In this document: piece after piece, positions 27,314 through 37,190 of the stretch
Position numbering within the stretch: the first letter of the stretch is position 1
How the letters are laid out: the number at the start of each line of letters is the position of its first letter
From: Gemmatimonadota bacterium
Lineage (GTDB): Bacteria > Gemmatimonadota > Gemmatimonadetes > Gemmatimonadales > Gemmatimonadaceae
Direction: 5' to 3'
DNA: 40,246 bases
Assembly: GCA_040389905.1 (NCBI GenBank)
Contig: JAZJZK010000055.1
Span: 1-40,246 of the forward strand
Program-made: the position numbers and the translations under genes
Notes under the pieces: model-generated
The model's database searches: none
What the model was told of the DNA's origin: nothing
The model's input: the letters and a program-made list of their open reading frames with translations, nothing else

Positions 27314-27844
27314 TTGTTCATCATCGTCGGCCGGGTCCGCAAGGCACACGGCATACGCGGTGATGTCGTGGTCGAAGCCATTACCGACGAGCCGGACGCG
27401 ATCTTCGCGGCCGGCCGTCGTGTTTTTGCAGGGACAGCGACCGGAGACATCGCACCCGCACAGCAGGAGCTGCACATCAAGTCGGTGCGAGATTTCAACG
27501 AAGGGTTGCTCGTCAACTTCGAGGAAGTCCCCGACCGAAACGCCGCTGAGCTCTGGCGTGGTCGCTACCTGCTCGTTCCCGAAAACGAATTGCCACCCCC
27601 CGATGACGCCGAGATCTACGTCCATGACCTCGTGGGGATGCGCGTTGAACTGGAAAGCGGTGAATCGGTGGGCGTGGTCGAGGAACTCTACGAGCTGCCG
27701 CAGGGGCTCGCGATCGACGTCCGCCGGAGCGAACCGCGCGCGGCGGAGACAGTCATCCTGCTCTACGATGAGCAGACCATTGCGTCCGTCGACAAGGAAC
27801 GTCGCGTCATCGTCGTGACGCCGGCAGAAGGGTTGCTCGAGTGA
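27314..27844 (+). CDS. rimM: Ribosome maturation factor RimM
   Basis: VGRVRKAHGIRG, YVHDLVG, PAEGLL; synteny; start may be ATA at 27299. Confidence 0.95.
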   Translation: MFIIVGRVRKAHGIRGDVVVEAITDEPDAIFAAGRRVFAGTATGDIAPAQQELHIKSVRDFNEGLLVNFEEVPDRNAAELWRGRYLLVPENELPPPDDAEIYVHDLVGMRVELESGESVGVVEELYELPQGLAIDVRRSEPRAAETVILLYDEQTIASVDKERRVIVVTPAEGLLE

Positions 27845-28503
27845 AGATCAACGTCGTCACGATCTTCCCGGATTTCTTCGCGGGACCGTTGGGCCTGAGC
27901 ATTCCGGCCCGCGCCGCCACCGCAGGTCTCGTCAGCTACAACATCATCGACCTTCGCGATTACACGCACGATCGCCATCGCACCGTCGACGACGCGCCGT
28001 ATGGCGGTGGCCCAGGCATGGTCATGAAGCCCGGACCATTTTTCGAAGCGATCGACGCCCTCGGCGCCGCGCGTCCGATCGTGCTGATGAGCGCACGCGG
28101 CCGACGTTTCTCGCAGGCGGACGCGGTGCGCTTCGCAGGAGAATCCGAATTGACGATCCTCTGCGGGCATTACAAGGATGTCGATCAACGCGTCGCCGAT
28201 CACCTCGCGACCGAAGAACTGTCGCTCGGCGACTTCGTGTTGAGTGGCGGCGAACCTGCGGCACTCGCCGTCATCGATGCGACGGTGCGCCTCCTTCCCG
28301 GCGCCATGAGCGATCACGAGAGCGCCTTTGGCGACTCGTTCTGGGAGCGGGGGCTTTCGGCGCCGAGCTATACCCGCCCGCCCGAGTACCGGGGCCATGG
28401 TGTGCCGGAGGTGTTACTGAGCGGCGACCACAAGAAGATCGCCGAGTGGCGCGTGCGCGAAGGCGAGCGGCTGACGACGGAGCGTTCGCGCGAGAGGTCC
28501 TGA
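27841..28503 (+). CDS. trmD: tRNA (guanine-N1)-methyltransferase
   Basis: VDDAPYGGGPGMVM, SLGDFVLSGGE, YTRP, VPEVLLSGDH. Confidence 0.98.
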   Translation: MKINVVTIFPDFFAGPLGLSIPARAATAGLVSYNIIDLRDYTHDRHRTVDDAPYGGGPGMVMKPGPFFEAIDALGAARPIVLMSARGRRFSQADAVRFAGESELTILCGHYKDVDQRVADHLATEELSLGDFVLSGGEPAALAVIDATVRLLPGAMSDHESAFGDSFWERGLSAPSYTRPPEYRGHGVPEVLLSGDHKKIAEWRVREGERLTTERSRERS

Positions 28504-29981
28504 TGGGCGGTGAGCCGATCGCCACCGCGATCCTCCTCACCGCATTCGGCGTATTGCTTGGTGCGAGCGTTGGACTGAGCCGGGCGTCGGCGCGTCTCGG
28601 ATTGCCCGTTGCGCTCTTATTCCTCCTGGTTGGCGTGCTCGCCGGGTCGGAGGGCATCGGCAGGATTCCGTTCAGCGACTACGCGTTCACGTTCAGGCTT
28701 GGAACCACGGCGCTGGTTCTCATCCTGTTCGACGGTGGGCTCAACACGTCGGTTTCGTCCGTGCGGTCCGTGCTCGCACCGGCGGCAGTGCTGGCGACGT
28801 TTGGCGTCCTCGCCACTGCGGGGCTGATCGCCGTGGCCGCACACGCGATCGGGCTGGAATGGCCCATGGCACTGTTGCTCGGCGCGATCGTGTCCTCGAC
28901 CGATGCCGCGGCCGTGTTTTCCGTGCTGACGGCGAGTGGCACGCGCCTCCGCCAGCGCGTCGGTCTGACGCTCGAGGTTGAATCGGGACTCAATGATCCG
29001 ATGGCGGTGATCCTCACGACGGCGCTGACGGCTGGCCTCGTGAGCGGGCATCAACTGTCGCCCCTGCATTTGGCGGGTGAGGTCCTCCTCGAGATGGCGG
29101 TCGGCGCCATCTCCGGAGCCGCTATCGCCTATGCAGGCCGGTGGATGATGCTTCGGATTCGTCTCCCCGCGGCCGGACTGTATCCAGCATTCACCCTGGC
29201 GATTGCGTGCCTGTCCTTCGGCCTGACGACGCTGCTGCATGGCAGCGGGTTCCTCGCCGTGTACGTGACTGGCGTCATCCTCGGGAGCGGTGCCCTCCCG
29301 CACGCGGTCGGCGTGCGGCGCGTCCACGACGCACTCGGCTGGTTGAGCCAGGTGCTGATGTTCCTGCTCCTCGGCCTGCTCGTGTTTCCGTCGCGAGTCT
29401 GGCAGGTTGCATCGACCGGGCTGGCGTTGGCGCTGTTTCTGGCGATCGTGGCGCGTCCACTCGTCACCGTGGTGTGCCTTGCCCCATTTCGCTACCGCTG
29501 GCGTGAGTCGGCCTATGTCGGCTGGGTGGGCCTTCGAGGCGCCGTACCGATCGTGCTCGCGACCATTCCCGTCATGGCCAACGTGGCGGGGGCGCGCGAG
29601 CTGTTCGACGTGGTGTTCTTCATTGTGGTGGTGGGTGCGATCGTGCCGGGGGCGACGGTGCCGTTCATGACGAGGGTGTTGGGGATGGGCTCATCCGCGC
29701 CACCGCCACCCAAAGCGTCGATCGAGATCGATGCTCGGGCTCCGCGGGGCGACGAACTGCGGGCGTACTTCGTGTCGCCTTCCTTGGCGGTGGCTGGGGC
29801 GGCACTCTCGGACATTCCGTTTCCTGCTGGCGTGGCGGTCAGTATGCTCGAGCGGGCCGGGGCGTTGATCGCGCCGTCGGGGGCGACAGTCGTTCAGCCA
29901 GGGGACTACGTATACGTGATCGCGCCGGCGGAGGAGCGGGCAATGGTCGAACTACTATTTGGAGCGGCGGAAGAACACTGA
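28503..29981 (+). CDS. K+/H+ antiporter (CvrA/NhaP2 type) with C-terminal TrkA-C domain
   Basis: TGATG coupling to trmD; ILFDGGL, SSTDAAAVF, EVESGLNDPMA, WVGLRGAVPI. Confidence 0.92.
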   Translation: MGGEPIATAILLTAFGVLLGASVGLSRASARLGLPVALLFLLVGVLAGSEGIGRIPFSDYAFTFRLGTTALVLILFDGGLNTSVSSVRSVLAPAAVLATFGVLATAGLIAVAAHAIGLEWPMALLLGAIVSSTDAAAVFSVLTASGTRLRQRVGLTLEVESGLNDPMAVILTTALTAGLVSGHQLSPLHLAGEVLLEMAVGAISGAAIAYAGRWMMLRIRLPAAGLYPAFTLAIACLSFGLTTLLHGSGFLAVYVTGVILGSGALPHAVGVRRVHDALGWLSQVLMFLLLGLLVFPSRVWQVASTGLALALFLAIVARPLVTVVCLAPFRYRWRESAYVGWVGLRGAVPIVLATIPVMANVAGARELFDVVFFIVVVGAIVPGATVPFMTRVLGMGSSAPPPPKASIEIDARAPRGDELRAYFVSPSLAVAGAALSDIPFPAGVAVSMLERAGALIAPSGATVVQPGDYVYVIAPAEERAMVELLFGAAEEH

Positions 29982-29984
29982 GCT

Positions 29985-30162
29985 CCAAGCCCAACCCCAA
30001 GCCAGCTGACGGCTTGACAGATGACAGAGTGACTGGCTGATAACTAGGGATTGGGGCGGGGGCCCAGGCCCGGGCCAACCGCCGGGCCCGCGCCCGTGCC
30101 TGCAGGCAAGCCCGAGCCCAAGCCCGCCCAAGCCCTCGCCCAAGCCCGCGCCCAAGCCCGAA
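29985..30162. repeat. Degenerate GCCCNN hexamer repeat tract
   Basis: ccaagcccaaccccaagcc ... gcccgagcccaagcccgcccaagccctcgcccaagcccgcgcccaagcccg. Confidence 0.7.
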
Positions 30163-30180
30163 CGGAGAGAGCAATAGGGG

Positions 30181-30209
30181 TAGACTAACTTTCGACGTGT
30201 AGCTAACTT
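30181..30209 (+). promoter_or_regulatory. Putative sigma70 promoter for rplS
   Basis: TAGACT, 17-bp spacer, TAACTT in an AT-rich patch. Confidence 0.5.
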
Positions 30210-30241
30210 CTTCAGTCTCTACCAGCCAAGCTAAGCCTATT

Positions 30242-30613
30242 ATGCATGTCTTCATCGAAACCCAGAAAGAGTGGCTCCGCGAACTTCCTCCGTTCCGCGC
30301 CGGCGATACCGTTCGCGTGAATGTGCGCGTCAAGGAAGGGGAAAAGGAGCGCATTCAGGCATTTGAAGGCGTGTGCATTGCTCGCCGCGGTGTCGGAGTG
30401 AGTGCCACGTTCACCGTTCGGAAGATCTCCAACGGCGTCGGCGTCGAGCGCATCTTCCCGCTGCACAGCCCAATGCTCGCCGACATCAATGTCGTCCGTC
30501 GTGGCCGCGTGCGTCGTGCCAAGCTGTACTACCTGCGCAACCTCACCGGCAAGGCGACGCGCATCAAGGAAATGAAGACCAAGTCGCCGCAGGCCACCAC
30601 CGCGGCGAAGTAA
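30242..30613 (+). CDS. rplS: 50S ribosomal protein L19
   Basis: [39 protein letters not shown]. Confidence 0.98.
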   Translation: MHVFIETQKEWLRELPPFRAGDTVRVNVRVKEGEKERIQAFEGVCIARRGVGVSATFTVRKISNGVGVERIFPLHSPMLADINVVRRGRVRRAKLYYLRNLTGKATRIKEMKTKSPQATTAAK

Positions 30614-30634
30614 AGCCCGCAGCGGCGAGGCGGC

Positions 30635-31327
30635 ATGGCCGCGCGCTGGAGCGGAATCGAGCGAGACCTCCGCGCACGTCGCGGTCCCTTGCTTGCCGGT
30701 GTGGATGAAGTCGGACGGGGCCCCCTCGCGGGCCCCGTCGTCGCGTGCGCCGTCGTCATGCCGAGCGACGCCCGCGCCATTCGAGGGGTCGATGACTCGA
30801 AGGCGCTGAATGCCGCCGAGCGCGAACGGCTGGCCGTCCGCATTCGCGAGCGAGCGCTTTGCTTTGCCGTCGGCGCGGCCAGCGTGCGCGAGATCGACCG
30901 ACTCAACATCTATCACGCCTCGTCGCTCGCGATTCGGCGTGCGGTGCGCCGGCTGTCGATCACGCCGGACCATGTGGTGATCGACGGAAACCCCATTCGC
31001 ACGCTCGGCATCGAACACACCGCCGTCGTCGGCGGCGACGCGCGGTGTCATTCCATTGCCTGCGCGTCCATCATTGCGAAGGTCACCCGCGACCGGCTCA
31101 TGCGTGCGCTCGCGCTTCGGCACCCGCACTATAAGTGGGAGTCGAACGCAGGATACGGCACGCGCGAGCACCAGGCCGGCCTGGCATCGCATGGAATGAC
31201 CCGCCATCATCGCATCTCGTTTGGGCCCGTCGCGCAGCTCACCTTCGATCTGTCGGCGCACGATGCCGACGCGCCAGCCCTCGCCGTCGTCTTGATGGAC
31301 GTCTTCGACCCGGAAGAATTCTCGTGA
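30635..31327 (+). CDS. rnhB: Ribonuclease HII
   Basis: AGVDEVGRGPLAGPV, DDSK, IDG, ASIIAKVTRD, GYGT. Confidence 0.97.
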   Translation: MAARWSGIERDLRARRGPLLAGVDEVGRGPLAGPVVACAVVMPSDARAIRGVDDSKALNAAERERLAVRIRERALCFAVGAASVREIDRLNIYHASSLAIRRAVRRLSITPDHVVIDGNPIRTLGIEHTAVVGGDARCHSIACASIIAKVTRDRLMRALALRHPHYKWESNAGYGTREHQAGLASHGMTRHHRISFGPVAQLTFDLSAHDADAPALAVVLMDVFDPEEFS

Positions 31328-32178
31328 GTCAACCCCTCGGTGGTTCCGCATCATCCGTCTTTCGCGACGGACTATTCGATGGCAAGGTGGCGCTCGTCAC
31401 GGGCGGCGGCAGCGGAATCGGCCGAGGCATTTCGGACTTGCTCGCGTCGCTCGGCGCGCATGTGGTGCTGGCAAGCCGGAAGATCGAGCGCGTGGAAGCG
31501 GCGGCCGCCGAGATTCGCGCGGCGGGCGGGAAGGCCAGCGGTGTTGCCGTCGACGTTCGCGATCCCGAGCGCGTGCAGGCGATGATCGCAGAGACGCAGG
31601 GCGCGCACGGGCGCATCGACATCCTCGTGAACAACGCGGCCGGCAATTTCTACGCACCATCCGAATCGCTGTCCGCGAACGCGTGGAAGAGTGTGATCGA
31701 GATCGACCTGTACGGTACTTTTTTCTGCTCGCAAGCGGTGTTGCCCGTCATGCGTGCGAACGGCGGCGGCTCGATCATCAATATCTCGATGACGCTCCAC
31801 TACCGCGGATGGCCGCTGATGGCGCACGCCACCGCCGCGAAGGCCGGTATCGACGCACTGACCAAGACCCTTGCCCTCGAATGGGCCAAGGATGGCGTCC
31901 GCATCAACGCCGTCGCTCCGGGACCAATCCCCACTGAGGGCGTCCGGAAGGCGTTCACACCACCGCCCTCGGCGGACGGCGTGCCGGATGTCTTCGCGGT
32001 GGAAAAGGCGATGGAAGGCTATGCGCGGAAGATGATTCCCCTTCAGCGCTGGGGCTCCCCCACCGACGTCGCGAACATGGTGGCCTTTCTCGCCTCACCG
32101 GCCGGCGCGTGGATCACTGGTGCCATCATGGTGGTCGATGGCGGGGAGTGGTTGGCGAAGCCACCGGCGCGCCCCTAG
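31324..32178 (+). CDS. SDR oxidoreductase, 2,4-dienoyl-CoA reductase-like
   Basis: GTGA overlap; TGGGSGIG, NNAAGNF, HATAAK replacing YxxxK, APGPI, VDGG. Confidence 0.88.
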   Translation: MSQPLGGSASSVFRDGLFDGKVALVTGGGSGIGRGISDLLASLGAHVVLASRKIERVEAAAAEIRAAGGKASGVAVDVRDPERVQAMIAETQGAHGRIDILVNNAAGNFYAPSESLSANAWKSVIEIDLYGTFFCSQAVLPVMRANGGGSIINISMTLHYRGWPLMAHATAAKAGIDALTKTLALEWAKDGVRINAVAPGPIPTEGVRKAFTPPPSADGVPDVFAVEKAMEGYARKMIPLQRWGSPTDVANMVAFLASPAGAWITGAIMVVDGGEWLAKPPARP

Positions 32179-32558
32179 AACCTTCTGGAACAACGTACGC
32201 TATGGAGCGCGAGGTCCCGAATTTCACGGGCGAATCGCCACGGGCAAGCGCCGCCGACAAATATCATATACAATATCCGGAACGCACTCGGAGCATTTTC
32301 GGTTCGCATCTGGCGGATGGCAACCTTTTTTGATAAGAATGTGACGCGCGCCTCTTCTCTGGGGTGAGCCGTTACGAGGCCGGGACCGGCTGTGCGGTCG
32401 TTTTACGGGCACGCCAAGCTACCTCCTCATGCGCTTTCTTGAGTTCCATGAACGACAGGCCGCCGCCGGCCGGTCGTTTTGCAGTGATTCGAAAGCGGCG
32501 TCCCCCTGGCGCCGCGATGTGATTGGTGGTGTGGACTTCTTCCATTGGGGTATGACTT

Positions 32559-35500
32559 ATGTCATCGTTTCGACCGAGTAACGTCGTCGCGCGCCTGCGG
32601 CTCGTGCTCCTTGCGACTGCGGCGTGCGTTCCTGCACTCCTCGCGGCGCAGACAGGCACGATCACAGGACGGGTAGTCTCCGCCGGAAACAATCAGCCAC
32701 TCGCGGAAACCCGCGTATTCGTCGTGGGGACGCAAGCTGTCGCTACAACGAACACGGACGGGCGTTATACGCTCCGCACAGCGCCCGGCACCTATGAAGT
32801 GCGCGTCATCCGCGTTGGCTACCAGGAGCAGAAGAGGCCGGTGACGGTTGCCGCGAACGGCAGTGCGACGCTCGATTTCACCATGCAGCAGGCGATCGTG
32901 AAGCTGACGGAAATCGTCACCACCGCCACCGGCGAGCAGCGCCGCATCGAGCTCGGGAATTCGGTGCAGACGCTCGGCGATGTCAGCCTCAAGGTCGAGC
33001 AGGCGCCGATCACGAACCTGACCGACCTCATGGTCGCCAAGGCGCCGGGCGTCGTCGTCCTGCCTGGCAACATGACCGGATCCGCGCCGACCGTCCGCAT
33101 TCGCGGCATCAAGTCGGTCTCCCTCGGGAGCGAGCCAATTTACGTCATCGACGGCATCCGCATGAATTCCAGCGCGATCAGCGCGGGCACCGGGGTCGGC
33201 GGCACGACGGTGAGCATGCTCAATACGCTCAATCCCGAGGAGATCTCGGACATCGAGATCGTGAAGGGGCCGTCTGCGGCGACGCTCTACGGCACGGACG
33301 CGGCGAACGGCGTGATCGTGATCACGACGAAGCGGGGACAGTCCGGCGCGTCGCGGTGGACGTGGCACTCGGAACTCGGTGGAGTCAAGGATCGCAACGA
33401 GTATCCGACGCAGTACGCGATGTGGGGACACAACGCGGCCGGCGCCCTGACGCGCTGTATCCTGGTGACCGTGGCATCGGGCGCCTGCACGCCGGACAGC
33501 ACAACCTCGTACAATCTTCTGCAAGATCCCGCGGTGTCGCCCAAGGTCACGGGCAACCTGACACAGATCGGCGGGCAGGTCAGCGGTGGATCGGATCTCG
33601 TGCGTTTCTTCATCAGCGGCGACGCAGAGCACGAGCGCGGACCGACGGAGATGCCACCGCTGTTCCGATCCTACTTCGATTCCCTCGGCACGGCGATTCG
33701 CGAGGAATGGATGCACCCTGAGGATTTCAGGCGCAACTCGTTGCGCGCGAACACGAACATGGTGCTGTCGCCGAAGCTCGACCTGAGTATCAACGCAGGC
33801 TACACCAAGACGAGCCAGCGGTTGCCGCAGGTGGACAACAACACGTTCAGTTACATGTATCAGGCGTTCAATAATCCGGGGTTCAAGCCTACGGTCGGTT
33901 GCCAGATAACGCCGGCGAACTGTCTCGGCTATACGAACAAGGGTGGTATCGGCGAGATACTCGGTGGCTATATCCAGTACACTCCCGGCCAATTGTTCCA
34001 GGTGTTCAACAATACCGACGTGGACCGGTTCATCAACAGCGCGAGTGCGCAGTGGCGTCCCGTTTCGTGGATACAAAGTGACGCGACGGTCGGAGTGGAC
34101 TACGCGCAGCGCGACGCCCTGCGCCTCTGCCGGCTCGCCGAGTGCCCCGCATCGGGCACGACACGTTTGGGCGGTGTCACGGAGAACCGCGCCAGCGACC
34201 GCAATCTATCGATGAAGCTGAACGGCACCGCGACGTGGCAGGTCAAGCCGACGCTCAACGTGAAGTCCACGCTCGGCGCCGACTATGTCAATCAGCAGAC
34301 CGAGTTCACGAACGCCTCGGGCTCGACGCTGCCACCAGGTGCGCAGTCCGTTGGTGACGCCGCGATCCAGTCGGCCAGCAGCTCGCTCCCGCGCGCGGAC
34401 AAGACGCTCGGCTACTATTGGCAGGAGCAATTCGCCCTGCGGGACCGCGCATTCGTCACCCTCGCCGCACGCACCGACCAGAACAGCGCCTTCGGCACGA
34501 AGTTCCAGCGTGTCGTCTATCCGAAGGCGAGCCTGTCGTACATCATGTCGGACGAGTCGTACTTCCCGCGTACGGACCTGCTGACATCGCTCCGCCTGCG
34601 CGGTGCGTACGGAGCGTCTGGTGTGCAGCCGAATTCCACCACGGCGCTCCAGACCTTTGGCACGACGACAGTGAACGTTCCGTCGGCCGTGACAGCGACC
34701 TCGGGCTCGGACAGCCCAGGCCTCGTGGCGTCCGCCCTCGGGAATCCGGACCTCAAGCCGGAGCGGTCAACCGAGCGCGAGCTGGGCTTCGAGGCCAAGC
34801 TGTTCGGCAGCCGGGTGAATGTCGACTACACGTACTACAACAACCTGACGATGGACGCGCTGGTGAACCAGCCGATCGCGGCATCGTCTGGCGCCGCAGG
34901 CAGCCCGAACCTCTCGATCACCCGCAACATCGGGTCGATCCGCAATTCAGGGCACGAAATGACCGTGACGGCGACGCTGCTCGACCGCCGCAGCCTGGGG
35001 TGGGATGTCACCATCGGTGGCTCGCATAACACCAACATCGTGGAGTCGCTCGGCTTCGATCCGGATGGCGTGCCGTATCCCGCCATCGGTACGGGGGCGA
35101 ACCGCGATTCCGCAGGCTTCCCGATTCGCGGGGTGTTCGCGCGCAAATACACGTACGATGACAAGAACCACGATGGAATCATCGAAGCGAGTGAAGTGTC
35201 TACGCCGGGCGAATTCGAGTACGTCGGGTACTCTGTGCCGCGTGACCTGGTAACGATCCAGAATGGGATCGATCTGCTGGAGCGGAGGCTGCACATCGGC
35301 ATCCTGCTCGACTACAAAGGCGGCTTCAGCCTGTACAACAACACGAAGGCCTTTTACTGCCAGCAGTCGAATCTCTGCTACGACGAAACGCACAAGGAAG
35401 CAACGCTGGATGATCAGGCCCGGCTGATTGCCCTGCGGTACAAGACGCCGAGCAGCAATTTCGGCTACTACGAAAACGGGCAGTTCTGGCGGCTGCGCGA

Positions 35501-35714
35501 AGTCGGCGCGACGCTGACCCTTCCCCAGGCGTTGACAAGCCGGTTCCGCGGCCGCGACGGTTCGATCACGGTGACCGCGCGCAATTTGCATGTCTGGACG
35601 AGCTACACCGGCACCGATCCGGAGTCGAACTACGGGACTGGCAACGTGCAGTCGGACTTCTCGACGACGTCGCCACCGACGTACCTGACGGTCCGTCTCA
35701 ACCTTCACTACTAA
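32559..35714 (+). CDS. SusC/RagA-family TonB-dependent outer-membrane transporter
   Basis: Carboxypeptidase-regulatory-like N domain; LNPEEISDIEIVKGPSAATLYGTDAANGVIVITTKRG; LGNPDLKPERS; YTGTDPE. Confidence 0.95.
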   Translation: MSSFRPSNVVARLRLVLLATAACVPALLAAQTGTITGRVVSAGNNQPLAETRVFVVGTQAVATTNTDGRYTLRTAPGTYEVRVIRVGYQEQKRPVTVAANGSATLDFTMQQAIVKLTEIVTTATGEQRRIELGNSVQTLGDVSLKVEQAPITNLTDLMVAKAPGVVVLPGNMTGSAPTVRIRGIKSVSLGSEPIYVIDGIRMNSSAISAGTGVGGTTVSMLNTLNPEEISDIEIVKGPSAATLYGTDAANGVIVITTKRGQSGASRWTWHSELGGVKDRNEYPTQYAMWGHNAAGALTRCILVTVASGACTPDSTTSYNLLQDPAVSPKVTGNLTQIGGQVSGGSDLVRFFISGDAEHERGPTEMPPLFRSYFDSLGTAIREEWMHPEDFRRNSLRANTNMVLSPKLDLSINAGYTKTSQRLPQVDNNTFSYMYQAFNNPGFKPTVGCQITPANCLGYTNKGGIGEILGGYIQYTPGQLFQVFNNTDVDRFINSASAQWRPVSWIQSDATVGVDYAQRDALRLCRLAECPASGTTRLGGVTENRASDRNLSMKLNGTATWQVKPTLNVKSTLGADYVNQQTEFTNASGSTLPPGAQSVGDAAIQSASSSLPRADKTLGYYWQEQFALRDRAFVTLAARTDQNSAFGTKFQRVVYPKASLSYIMSDESYFPRTDLLTSLRLRGAYGASGVQPNSTTALQTFGTTTVNVPSAVTATSGSDSPGLVASALGNPDLKPERSTERELGFEAKLFGSRVNVDYTYYNNLTMDALVNQPIAASSGAAGSPNLSITRNIGSIRNSGHEMTVTATLLDRRSLGWDVTIGGSHNTNIVESLGFDPDGVPYPAIGTGANRDSAGFPIRGVFARKYTYDDKNHDGIIEASEVSTPGEFEYVGYSVPRDLVTIQNGIDLLERRLHIGILLDYKGGFSLYNNTKAFYCQQSNLCYDETHKEATLDDQARLIALRYKTPSSNFGYYENGQFWRLREVGATLTLPQALTSRFRGRDGSITVTARNLHVWTSYTGTDPESNYGTGNVQSDFSTTSPPTYLTVRLNLHY

Positions 35715-35733
35715 CCTCGAGGACGATCGACAT

Positions 35734-37116
35734 ATGCAGAATCGAATTGCACATCGTGCTCGACGCACGACAGGAGCAGGCGCCATGGCGCTGGCCCTCG
35801 TCATCGCGGGCGCTTGCGACAACCCGCAGGATACGCTGCTCGAACAGCAGCAGCCACAGCTCATCCTGCCGGAGTTCACAACGAGCAACGCCGCCGCACT
35901 CGCCCTCTACACAGGTGCGCTTGGCCGGTTCAAGACGGCGCTGAATGGCGGCAACAACAACCAGGAGACCATCTGGAACTTCGCCGGCTTGATGACCGAC
36001 GAGTTCAAGTCCGGCGACACGTTTTCCCAGCGGAATGACGCCGACCAGCGCGTCACGCAGAGTGCAGACGGCGTGATGGCGTCCACGTATAACTCGGCCC
36101 AGCAGTCGCGCGGCCGGGCGCGTGATGCGATCAACTCGCTCCGCCTCTACGCACCCACCGAGACGGCCAAGATCGCGGAAATGTATTTCGAGATGGGGTT
36201 CTTCGAGCTGACGCTGGGCCAGGATTTCTGCAATGGCATTCCCCTGGGCGAAACGGAGGGCGGTGTGCCCGTCTATACGGCACCGCTCACGAACGACAAG
36301 GTGTTCACGACGGCCATTGCGCGGTTCGACAGCGCACTGACGATTCTCGGAAGTGACGCAAGCACCGCCGCAGCAAATGTCCGAAGCGCGCTCCAGATTG
36401 CGAAGGCGAGGGCTCAGGTGAACCTCGCTCAGTTCTCGGCGGCGGCCGCGACGGTCGCGGCCGTGCAGACTGCGTACCAGTACGAGATCACCTACTCGAT
36501 CCCAACGCAGAGCAACGAGTGGTGGCAAATGTCCACCAGCACCAAGCGCTACAGCGTCGGTGACAGCGTCGATGCCACGGGAATCGTCAAGAACAGCATT
36601 CCGTTCGCGTCGCTGAAGGACACGCGCGTGAAAGTGAACGCGAATGGCACCAAGAGCTTCGACAACTTGACGCCGTTCGTGGAATTCCAGAACTATGCGC
36701 GTGAGGATGCAGTGCCGCTCGTGAACGGAACGGACGCCCGGTTGATCGAGGCGGAGGCCAAGCTGCAGGCCAGCGACATTCCCGGCATGATGACGATCCT
36801 GAACAACCTCCGTACGGCTCCGCCGAAGATCGGTGCGTATCAGCCAGCCGTTATGGCGGCGCTGCCGACGCCGGCATCGACGACCGCCGCTCAGGATCTC
36901 TTCTTCCGCGAGAAGGCGCTGTGGCAGTTCGGCCGCGGCGAACGGTTGGGCGACTTGCGCCGCCTGGTGCGCCAGTACTCGCGGACCCAGGACAACGTCT
37001 TCCCGGATGGCGCGTTCCACAAGAATGGCAACTACGGAACGAACGTCGCGTTTCCGGTGCCGGATGTCGAGAAGTCGAACCCGCAGTTCAAGGGCTGTCT
37101 CGATACGAAGGCATAG
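35734..37116 (+). CDS. SusD/RagB-family lipoprotein
   Basis: Lipobox AGAC; LMTDE, ARLIEAEA, GERLGDLRR, FPVP..E..NP; follows susC. Confidence 0.88.
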   Translation: MQNRIAHRARRTTGAGAMALALVIAGACDNPQDTLLEQQQPQLILPEFTTSNAAALALYTGALGRFKTALNGGNNNQETIWNFAGLMTDEFKSGDTFSQRNDADQRVTQSADGVMASTYNSAQQSRGRARDAINSLRLYAPTETAKIAEMYFEMGFFELTLGQDFCNGIPLGETEGGVPVYTAPLTNDKVFTTAIARFDSALTILGSDASTAAANVRSALQIAKARAQVNLAQFSAAAATVAAVQTAYQYEITYSIPTQSNEWWQMSTSTKRYSVGDSVDATGIVKNSIPFASLKDTRVKVNANGTKSFDNLTPFVEFQNYAREDAVPLVNGTDARLIEAEAKLQASDIPGMMTILNNLRTAPPKIGAYQPAVMAALPTPASTTAAQDLFFREKALWQFGRGERLGDLRRLVRQYSRTQDNVFPDGAFHKNGNYGTNVAFPVPDVEKSNPQFKGCLDTKA

Positions 37117-37137
37117 CGGCTGTTCGAATTGTGTAAT

Positions 37138-37175
37138 GCAGCGGGGCCGCGTCCAACAGGACGCGGCCCCGTTGC
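37138..37175. terminator. GC-rich hairpin between convergent susD and DUF5916 genes
   Basis: gcagcggggccgcgtcc-aaca-ggacgcggccccgttgc; weak U-tract. Confidence 0.65.
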
Positions 37176-37190
37176 CCTTTCCGCCGGAGT

